Shown here: positions 38,268 through 46,858 of the stretch, piece after piece
Layout of the letters: each line of letters starts with the position of its first letter
Numbering within the stretch: the stretch's first letter is position 1
DNA from: an uncultured bacterium
GTDB lineage: Bacteria; Bacillota_I; Bacilli_A; RF39; UBA660
Reading direction: 5' to 3'
DNA length: 51,665 bases
NCBI GenBank assembly: GCA_900314465.1
Contig: OMVK01000039.1
Location: forward strand, 1 to 51,665
Notes under the pieces: model-generated
What the model was told of the DNA's origin: nothing
The model's database searches: none
Seen by the model: the letters and a program-made list of their open reading frames with translations, nothing else
Translations under genes and position numbers: made by a program

Positions 38268-39467
38268 CTATTTAGAATGTTTTATTATTACTTCATTATT
38301 ATCACTTGTATTTGTATCAAAAACAGAATAATCTTTAGCTCTTCCAGCAACATGTTCTATATATTTAGGATCTCCATATCCTGAATATAAAACAGTATTT
38401 GTATAATTATTATAATCTGTTTTGCTTTCATCTTGAATTATATATTGAACAGGAATACCAGTTTCATCACTTGTTGCTTTTAAAATCTTATCTGTATTAC
38501 TTGTACCCGCATTATATGCCATGATAGCTAGCATCGTATTATCATCATATTTCTTATTTAAATAATTGAGTACAATGGCTCCAGCTGCAATTTGTGTCTT
38601 GGGATGTTTTAAATCCTCCTGTGTAATAATTATATCAGCATCTTTAAATCTATTAACATCATTAGAAAATGCAATAGTTTCATATTTATTATCTATATAG
38701 TTATAGGCTTTTATTTCCATATCTTTAAAAGCATCAGATTCAAATCCCATCAGTTTATTATTTTCTGCATTACCATTACTTTCTTGGGCAATCATAGAAA
38801 TCAACAAGTCTCTTGAAATTCCCCATTTTTGCGAAACTTCATTAATATAGTCACTATATTTTAACGCGTTATTAATAGCATCTGTATCATCAAGAGTATT
38901 ATAGGGATTATAATAAATTATGTCATTATTAATATCATCTGTAAGCGAATTATTATTTTCGTCGTCATAACTAATATCACTGGTTGTATTTTGATCATCT
39001 ATTTCATTATCTTCATAATTATCTTCAGGTATTTCTTGCCATGTAATAACACCAGTATCCATATCAATAGTAGATTTATTATTTTTTTTAACTTCATAAA
39101 GCATAGAACCAACAACTGCCGTAGCTAATAATGAAAGCCCTACTTTTACAATTCTTTTCTTAGTAATAATATTACCACTTATATAACTATTAATTTCTTT
39201 ATGATTTAACTTACTAAATACTTTTTTATAATTTCTAATAATTACTTCATCATTTTCTATATTAACTAATAAATCTTTAGAATTAACTGATAATCTGATA
39301 ATATCATTACGATAATCACCTGAATCAATTTTAGTAATAATATAATTCATTATTAACATTGAATATTTATTTTTTAACTTAATATTATTTTTATATCCAA
39401 TAATTTTATTATTAATTATTTTAAACGTATATCTATTTTTAGCTTTCATTTTCATTTTCCATTTCAT
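38268..39467 (-). CDS. Membrane-anchored lytic transglycosylase (SLT domain) protein
   Basis: Central TM helix, acidic linker, AQESNG catalytic motif and AYNAG; exact start uncertain. Confidence 0.75.
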   Translation of the reverse strand: MKWKMKMKAKNRYTFKIINNKIIGYKNNIKLKNKYSMLIMNYIITKIDSGDYRNDIIRLSVNSKDLLVNIENDEVIIRNYKKVFSKLNHKEINSYISGNIITKKRIVKVGLSLLATAVVGSMLYEVKKNNKSTIDMDTGVITWQEIPEDNYEDNEIDDQNTTSDISYDDENNNSLTDDINNDIIYYNPYNTLDDTDAINNALKYSDYINEVSQKWGISRDLLISMIAQESNGNAENNKLMGFESDAFKDMEIKAYNYIDNKYETIAFSNDVNRFKDADIIITQEDLKHPKTQIAAGAIVLNYLNKKYDDNTMLAIMAYNAGTSNTDKILKATSDETGIPVQYIIQDESKTDYNNYTNTVLYSGYGDPKYIEHVAGRAKDYSVFDTNTSDNNEVIIKHSK

Positions 39468-39642
39468 GCTTTATTTTTTCTAATAAATTATCATCAATAT
39501 CTTTTATAACATATTTATTATTAATAAATGCTATTTCACTAATATAAGTATTATTATCATCAGAATATGCAATATAATCTTTATTACTATAACTAATAAT
39601 ATTAACTATATCATATTTTTTATTATCAATAGTTATATTCAT
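39439..39642 (-). CDS. Small hypothetical protein, loosely DUF1292-like
   Basis: 67 aa, overlaps the start of the SLT gene; beta-rich with a C-terminal helix. Confidence 0.55.
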   Translation of the reverse strand: MNITIDNKKYDIVNIISYSNKDYIAYSDDNNTYISEIAFINNKYVIKDIDDNLLEKIKHEMENENES

Positions 39643-39744
39643 ATTATCATCTCTAATAAAATTATAACATGAAATAGATATTTTATAGATTTCTTTAATT
39701 TAATTTACATTTAAGATATAATATAAACAAATGGAAGTGATAAT

Positions 39745-41583
39745 ATGTGTGGTATTGCTGGTTTTGTTGGTAAAATGGATAATCCTAAAAAGGTATTAAA
39801 ACAAATGACTGATATTATTGCTTATCGAGGTCCTGATGCTGAAGGTAGTTATTTTGATAAAGATGTTGCATTAGGTCATCGTAGACTTGCAATAATAGAT
39901 ATAAAATCAGGTAAGCAACCAATGATATCTAATAGTAAAAAAAATATTATTGTATTTAATGGTGAAATATATAATTTTAAAGAGTTAAAAAAGGAATTGC
40001 CAAATTATGATTTTAAAACTAATTCAGATACTGAAGTATTACTTGCAGCATATGAAAAATGGGGTCATGATATGGTTAATCATTTAAGGGGAATGTTTGC
40101 TTTTGCAATTTGGGATAGTAAAAGAGAAGAACTATTTATGGCAAGAGATAAATGGGGAATAAAACCATTATATTATACTTATATGAATAATGTCTTTATG
40201 TTTTCTTCAGAAATAAAGGCTTTTTTGGGAAATCCTGCTTTTAAAAAAGAATTAAATACTGACATATTAGCATCTTATTTATGTTATAATTCAACACCTA
40301 CAAGAGAAACATTTTTTAAGAATGTATATAGGTTAGATCCAGGAACAATACTAATATATAAAAGTGGAAAAATTGAAAAAAAAGAATATTTCCATTTAGA
40401 TTTTGAACCAAAAGAGGAAACACTAGAAGAGGCAAAAGAAGAAATAGCAAAAGCTATGAAGGATTCTGTAGAACATCATCAAATTGCTGATGTTGAAGTT
40501 GGGTCTTTCTTATCATCAGGTATTGATTCTAGTTACTTAGTTTCAATTGCTAAACCTGATAAAACATATACTGTAGGCTATGATAATCCTAAATATGATG
40601 AAATATCATATGCAAAAGATTTATCAAAAAAATTACATATAAATAATACTTCTAAAAAAATAACAAAAAAAGAATATATTAATAATTTTGAAAAGATTAT
40701 GTATTACATGGATGAACCATTAGCTGATCCATCTGCAATTGCATTATATTTTGTAGCAGAAATAGCATCTAAAGACGTAAAAGTAGTTATGTCTGGAGAA
40801 GGTGCAGATGAGTTATTTGCAGGCTATTTAACTTATTTAGAAGATTATTCACAAGAATGGTATATGAAAATACCATATTCATTAAGACATATTGCATCTA
40901 ATATTGCTGGATTATTTCCTGATGTAAGAGGATTTAATTTCATATATAGACGTGGTCAAAAACTCGAAGATTATAATATAGGTTTAGGTCGTGTATTTAG
41001 AACTAAAGAAGCAATGAAGATTGTAAAATGTCCTAATCAAATAAAACCTGAATCTTTAACACAAGAAATATACAAAGAAAATAAAGGCAAATCAAATACT
41101 ATTAAAAGACAAGCAATTGATTTCTATTTATGGTTAGTTCATGATTTCCTTCATGCAGTAGATAGAAATACGATGATGTTTGGCCTTGAAGCTAGAACTC
41201 CCTTCTTAGATGATAAAGTATATGAAGTAGCAAGACGTTTACCGGATAATCTAAAACTAGATCATGAAGGACATACTAAAATAGCTTTAAGAGCAGCTGC
41301 TAAAGGAACAATACCAAATGATGCTTATAAAAAGAAAAAGTTAGGTTTCCCTGTTCCTTTAAGAGAATGGATTAAAGATGATGATTTACATAATAACATA
41401 AAAGAAAAATTTTCTTCATCTGATGCCGAAAAATTCTTCAATCAAAAAGAAATACTTAAATTGCTTGATGAAACAATTAATGGAAGAAAAGATACATACA
41501 AAAAAGTATGGGTAATATATACATTTTTAGTTTGGTATGATATATATTTTAATGATAAATATAAAGAATATATGAAGGTGTAA
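39745..41583 (+). CDS. asnB: Asparagine synthase (glutamine-hydrolysing) family amidotransferase
   Basis: MCGIAG Ntn start, RGPD, FNGEIYN, LSSGIDSS and SGEGADE motifs. Confidence 0.93.
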   Translation: MCGIAGFVGKMDNPKKVLKQMTDIIAYRGPDAEGSYFDKDVALGHRRLAIIDIKSGKQPMISNSKKNIIVFNGEIYNFKELKKELPNYDFKTNSDTEVLLAAYEKWGHDMVNHLRGMFAFAIWDSKREELFMARDKWGIKPLYYTYMNNVFMFSSEIKAFLGNPAFKKELNTDILASYLCYNSTPTRETFFKNVYRLDPGTILIYKSGKIEKKEYFHLDFEPKEETLEEAKEEIAKAMKDSVEHHQIADVEVGSFLSSGIDSSYLVSIAKPDKTYTVGYDNPKYDEISYAKDLSKKLHINNTSKKITKKEYINNFEKIMYYMDEPLADPSAIALYFVAEIASKDVKVVMSGEGADELFAGYLTYLEDYSQEWYMKIPYSLRHIASNIAGLFPDVRGFNFIYRRGQKLEDYNIGLGRVFRTKEAMKIVKCPNQIKPESLTQEIYKENKGKSNTIKRQAIDFYLWLVHDFLHAVDRNTMMFGLEARTPFLDDKVYEVARRLPDNLKLDHEGHTKIALRAAAKGTIPNDAYKKKKLGFPVPLREWIKDDDLHNNIKEKFSSSDAEKFFNQKEILKLLDETINGRKDTYKKVWVIYTFLVWYDIYFNDKYKEYMKV

Positions 41584-41585
41584 TA

Positions 41586-42251
41586 ATGAATAAAACAAAA
41601 AAAGTACAAGAAAAAAATACAAAGAAGAAATCCAAAAAGAAAATAATTATTATATTATTAATAGTTGTTGCTATATTAGTTGTTGGTTTTTTAGTATATA
41701 AATTTGTTTTTAAAAAGACAAATACTAGTGATAGTATATTTACAGAAAATACATTAAATACTATAGATAACTATGGTATAACATTATCCGATAAAGATAC
41801 TGAATTATATAAAGAAGAATATGAAAAATTAAAATCAAATCTCGAATCAAATAATATAGATTATGATGCATATGCAGAAAGTATTGCTAAATTATTTATT
41901 ATAGATTTATATACTATTGATAATAAATTAAATAAATATGATGTAGGTGGAGTAGAATTTGTATATCCAAACAATTTAGATAACTATAAATTAAATGTTG
42001 AGGATACATTATATAAATATGTTGAAAATAATGGAGATAATAAAAGAACACAAGATTTACCAGAAGTTAAAAGTATAACTGTTAAAAGTGTTAAAAATAC
42101 TCAATATGAAATAAAATCAGAAAATCAAAAATATGATGCATATGATTTTCGATTAAGTTGGGATTATACAGAAAAGAACGATTACGATAATGAAGGAGAA
42201 GTAATTGTCATAAATAAAGATAATAAAATGTATGTTGTTGAGAAAAACTAG
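41586..42251 (+). CDS. Hypothetical single-TM membrane-anchored protein
   Basis: Basic N-terminus, one TM helix and an extracytoplasmic domain. Confidence 0.75.
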   Translation: MNKTKKVQEKNTKKKSKKKIIIILLIVVAILVVGFLVYKFVFKKTNTSDSIFTENTLNTIDNYGITLSDKDTELYKEEYEKLKSNLESNNIDYDAYAESIAKLFIIDLYTIDNKLNKYDVGGVEFVYPNNLDNYKLNVEDTLYKYVENNGDNKRTQDLPEVKSITVKSVKNTQYEIKSENQKYDAYDFRLSWDYTEKNDYDNEGEVIVINKDNKMYVVEKN

Positions 42252-42296
42252 AAATTATCTAGTTTTTTATTATATATTAATAAATAGGTGATTCAT

Positions 42297-43838
42297 ATGT
42301 GCTTAGAAGAACTTTTAAATAAAAATAATATAAAAGATTTTGAAATGTATGGTAATGATATAGCTAAAGTTAAACCAATATCTAAATTTAATAAGAAATG
42401 TAATGTTATACTTGTAACAGCTACTAATCCGACTAAGTTTGGTGAAGGTAAGACAACAGTTGCTATAGGTTTACATGATGCATTAAGAAAATTAAATGTC
42501 AATAGTGCATTATGTTTAAGAGAACCATCAATGGGACCTGTATTCGGTATTAAAGGTGGTGCAACAGGTGGTGGGAAAGCAAGAATATTACCAGAAGATA
42601 AAATTAATTTACACTTTACAGGTGACTTTCATGCAATAACTAGTGCAAATAATTTAATATGTGCCTGTATAGATAATGAAATATATCAAGGTAATAGCTT
42701 GGATATTAAAGAGGTAACATTTAATAGATGTATGGACATGAATGATAGGGCATTAAGAGATATAACACTTAATTGTAGTAAGTATGAAAGAAAAGCAAAA
42801 TTTGATATTACTGCTGCCTCAGAAATAATGGGAATATTCTGTCTTGCTAAAGATATTGATGATTTAAGAAAAAGAATTAGTAATATTATCATAGGTTATA
42901 ATAGTAATCATGAAGAAATATATGTAAGTGATTTAGGTATTACAGATGCCGTTGTAGGTTTATTACTTGATGCTTTTAAACCCAATATAGTAAGAACTAA
43001 TGAAAATAATTTATCATTTGTTCATGGTGGACCTTTTGCAAATATTGCCCATGGATGCAATTCACTAATAAGCTTAGAAACAGCCTCCAATTATGGAGAT
43101 TATATCGTAACTGAAGCAGGTTTTGGATCTGATGCTGGTGGTTTTAAATTCATAGATATTTTAGCGCGTGATAACTTTAACATTTATGGCGTAGTATTAG
43201 TTACAACTATTCGAGCACTTAAATATAATGGTAATGGTGATATTAAAAAAGGTATATCTAATTTACAAGCTCACATAGATAATCTTACATATTTAAATAC
43301 TAATTTGGTTGTAACACTAAATAAATTTGATGATGATACAGATGAAGATGTAAATTATGTAAAAGAATATGTTGAATCACAAAATATTTTAGTTAGTGTA
43401 AATACTATATACCAAGATGGTTCTAATGGTGCAATTGATTTAGCTAGAAAAATAATATCATTTAAAAATAAAAAGAAAATAAATTACTTATATAATATTA
43501 ATGATAATTTAGAGGATAAAATTAATAGCTATTTACATCATATATGTCATGCAACAGGTTATACTTGTACAACGGAAATTAAAGATAAAATAAATTATTT
43601 AAATAAATATAAATATCCAATATGTGTTGCTAAAACTCAATATAGTATTAGTGATAATCCAAAATTATTAGGTTATCCTAAAGATTATCAAGTTAGTATT
43701 AAAGATATTAAAGTAAACAATGGTTCTAAATTCATCGTAGTATACTTAGGTAATATTATAACTATGCCTGGTTTATCAAAAGAGCCATCAGCTAAAAAAA
43801 TAAGAATAGAAAATAATTCTGTTATATTACCACGATAA
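42297..43838 (+). CDS. fhs: Formate--tetrahydrofolate ligase
   Basis: GEGKTT, IKGGATGGG, HGGPFANIAHG, TEAGFG and TMPGL motifs. Confidence 0.96.
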   Translation: MCLEELLNKNNIKDFEMYGNDIAKVKPISKFNKKCNVILVTATNPTKFGEGKTTVAIGLHDALRKLNVNSALCLREPSMGPVFGIKGGATGGGKARILPEDKINLHFTGDFHAITSANNLICACIDNEIYQGNSLDIKEVTFNRCMDMNDRALRDITLNCSKYERKAKFDITAASEIMGIFCLAKDIDDLRKRISNIIIGYNSNHEEIYVSDLGITDAVVGLLLDAFKPNIVRTNENNLSFVHGGPFANIAHGCNSLISLETASNYGDYIVTEAGFGSDAGGFKFIDILARDNFNIYGVVLVTTIRALKYNGNGDIKKGISNLQAHIDNLTYLNTNLVVTLNKFDDDTDEDVNYVKEYVESQNILVSVNTIYQDGSNGAIDLARKIISFKNKKKINYLYNINDNLEDKINSYLHHICHATGYTCTTEIKDKINYLNKYKYPICVAKTQYSISDNPKLLGYPKDYQVSIKDIKVNNGSKFIVVYLGNIITMPGLSKEPSAKKIRIENNSVILPR

Positions 43839-43892
43839 TTCTTTAACATCTCATATTGTTGATTTATAATAATAAACTTGTGAGGTGTAGTT

Positions 43893-44066
43893 ATGGAAGA
43901 TAAAATAAAGATTATAAGTTCATTAATAAAAGCATTTGAAACGAGAAATGAACTTTTACACGAAGAAATAAAAAGGAATGAAGAAGCAATTAAAAAAATG
44001 AAGAATGAATTATTCTTTATCGAGGAAAATAAAAAAATAAGCAAAGAAACATCAACTAATATCTAG
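43893..44066 (+). CDS. 57-aa coiled-coil small protein (below the ORF-track cutoff)
   Basis: RBS GAGGTG, MEDKIKIISSLIKAFETRNELLHEEIKRNEEAIKKMKNELFFIEENKKISKETSTNI; a terminator overlaps the stop. Confidence 0.6.
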   Translation: MEDKIKIISSLIKAFETRNELLHEEIKRNEEAIKKMKNELFFIEENKKISKETSTNI

Positions 44067-44133
44067 TTGACGTTTTTTTGTTAAAATTATTTAATAAATC
44101 GAATAAAACTAGTAAAATTAATAATAAAGGTAC

Positions 44134-44640
44134 AATTAATATAAGAAATGAGTGATTTCTATGAATTTCGACTTTAAAAATTCACTTGTAGGTTATGATG
44201 AATCAAATACAAAAGATTTATTAACTAAGATAAAGCAAGTAGTAGATGATACTAATACAAATATAAGTGCATCTATGAATGAAGTAATAGATGGAATAGA
44301 TTATTACTGAGTAGGAATGGGTGCAGAAGCATTCAAAGAAGTCCAAAGAGAAGATATAAAAGAACTATCAAATGCCTTTTCTGAAATATCACAAGGAATA
44401 CAAAATAACATATTAATTATGGGACAGGATGTAGTAAACAGTGATAACGTAATAGCAGCAAGTATAAATGGATTAATTGACACAAATACATCTGGTTATA
44501 CAGGAAATAATTCAGTTAATCAAAGTATTAGTGCTAGTGTAAATGGCGGTATTCCATCAAATATTTTAGATAGCATTGTTAATGCTTTGGAAAGAACTGG
44601 AGCAACACTTGCAACAGCAGGAACATATGCTGGTAAGGGT
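44134..44640 (+). repeat. Direct repeat copy A (pairs with 46352-46858, offset 2218)
   Basis: Nearly identical for ~440 bp (I see one synonymous TTC/TTT difference), then progressively diverging. Confidence 0.92.
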
Positions 44641-45616
44641 GTTATGTCTTTTACAGAGAATATTGGAGATGCAGGTGTAATAGCATGTACAACAATGCTT
44701 ACACCGGTAACAGCTCTTTTTGATGGAGTTGGCTATTTAACATCAAACTTAACAGGTTCAAGTTATGAACCAATAACTGATGATGTTTGGAATGCAACAA
44801 AAGAACTAACATCTCAAAATTTAACAATGATGTATTTGATGATATTGAAAATTCGCCATATGGGAAATGGCTTCAAGATAATGCATATGGCTATGATACA
44901 GTCAAGGATGTTCCTACACTTGTTGGATATATAGGTGCGGCAGTTGGTACAACAGTTTTAACTGGTGAATTAGGAAGTGCAGCTAGCTTGTCATCAGCTT
45001 CAACAGGTGCGGCCTTAGGATACAATCGTTACCAACAATTAGTACAGGAGTAGGAGCTACAAATGCAGTAATAAACGCAGTAGCAAGAACTGGAGTCAGT
45101 GCGGTTAAAGGAGCATCAAATGTTCCACTTGGATCTGTAGCTCATTTGTTATATGATCCATCTACAGAAAAGCAACAAGAGTTACTAAACACAATAAATT
45201 ATGATGACAATGGTAATCAAATAAACAACAAGGCATGGGATGATTTAACATTAGGGGAAAAAACTAGTTTATATTATGAAGATGCTGGTGGAACAAAACA
45301 AATAATTTCATCAGGTGAATATTCTGCATTAGCAAATGGTACAATCGAGGCAGTAAATCTTGGAATCGATTTAAAAAATAACATTAAAGATAATATAACT
45401 AATCGTGAACAGCCAAGTAACACATCTGGTATCAGAGCACCAATTCTAAAGCCAGCACGTAAATTAAAAGATACAAGAGTAGTATCGAAAATACTAAATA
45501 TATTAGATAAAGCAACATCTAATAGTTCAAAAAATATGATAGATTTAACTATCAACTCTGCTTATGATGCGGAAAAAACAAAAATATCAGATGAATTTGA
45601 TACAATAGATTCATAA
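44161..45616 (+). pseudogene. Degenerate WXG100-led toxin paralogue (in-frame TGA 44308-44310; frameshifts near 44826 and 45027)
   Basis: The three track ORFs (44317, 44787, 45146) align collinearly with the 46379-48796 protein. The C-terminus differs and has no ART motifs. Confidence 0.85.
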
Positions 45617-45669
45617 TTATATAAATAAGCAAAAAAAATATATAGTAAAATTAATATGGAGGTTAGAAT

Positions 45670-45984
45670 ATGAATAATGTGAAGTATTTACCAATAGGTA
45701 CAGTAGTAATGCTAAAAGGTGGTAAAAGAAAAATAATGATAATTGGATTTGAAATGAGTTCAAATAAAGATGGAGTAAATAAACATTATGATTATGCTGG
45801 ATGTATATATCCAGAAGGAATGCTTGATTATAATACTGGGTTATTTTTTAATCATGATCAAATAGAAAAAATATATTATATGGGTTACAAAAGTGATGAA
45901 CACATACTATTTGATAAAGCATTAAAAGATTATATTAAAAAAGAAAATGATAACATAAATCAGGAGAGTAACAATGAACAATAA
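45670..45984 (+). CDS. DUF4176 domain protein (T7SS-associated)
   Basis: YLPIGTVVML, IMIIG, YDYAGCIYPEG and FFNHDQIEKIYYMGY motifs. Confidence 0.9.
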   Translation: MNNVKYLPIGTVVMLKGGKRKIMIIGFEMSSNKDGVNKHYDYAGCIYPEGMLDYNTGLFFNHDQIEKIYYMGYKSDEHILFDKALKDYIKKENDNINQESNNEQ

Positions 45985-46357
45985 AACATATTTACCAATA
46001 GGCACAGTAGTAATGCTAAAAGGTGGTAAAAAGAGAATAATGGTTATAGGTTATGAAATGCAATATGTAGATGACAAAGGTGTTAAACAACGTTTTAACT
46101 ATGCAGGATGTTTATTCCCAGAAGGATTAATAAACACCAACGAAGTGTTATTATTTAATAATAATCAAATAGAAAAAATATATTTTACAGGTTACTCTGA
46201 TGAAGAACAAAAACAATTTAATACTAAATTACTAGAGTTGATTAATAAACAACTAGTACCTAATGTTAATAATCAAAATAGTACAACATTAGGAGAACCA
46301 AATTTGTATTCAAATGATAGACCACAAATAACACAAGTTAACAGTACAAATAATTAA
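45974..46357 (+). CDS. DUF4176 domain protein, second paralogue with an N/Q-rich tail
   Basis: YLPIGTVVML, YAGCLFPEG and LFNNNQIEKIYFTGYSDEE motifs. Confidence 0.9.
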   Translation: MNNKTYLPIGTVVMLKGGKKRIMVIGYEMQYVDDKGVKQRFNYAGCLFPEGLINTNEVLLFNNNQIEKIYFTGYSDEEQKQFNTKLLELINKQLVPNVNNQNSTTLGEPNLYSNDRPQITQVNSTNN

Positions 46358-46858
46358 TATAAGAAATGAGTGATTTCTATGAATTTTGACTTTAAAAATT
46401 CACTTGTAGGTTATGATGAATCAAATACAAAAGATTTATTAACTAAGATAAAGCAAGTAGTAGATGATACTAATACAAATATAAGTGCATCTATGAATGA
46501 AGTAATAGATGGAATAGATTATTACTGAGTAGGAATGGGTGCAGAAGCATTCAAAGAAGTCCAAAGAGAAGATATAAAAGAACTATCAAATGCCTTTTCT
46601 GAAATATCACAAGGAATACAAAATAACATATTAATTATGGGACAGGATGTAGTAAACAGTGATAACGTAATAGCAGCAAGTATAAATGGATTAATTGACA
46701 CAAATACATCTGGTTATACAGGAAATAATTCAGTTAATCAAAGTATTAGTGCTAGTGTAAATGGCGGTATTCCATCAAATATTTTAGATAGCATTGATAA
46801 TGTTTTGGAAAGAACTGGAGCAACAATTGCAACAGCAGGAACATATGCTGGCAAAGGT
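46352..46858 (+). repeat. Direct repeat copy B
   Basis: Matches 44134-44640. Confidence 0.92.

Noticed and set aside
46526-46528. Selenocysteine UGA
   Set aside because: The position corresponds to Trp of WxG, not a redox Cys, and I see no SECIS-like hairpin just downstream.
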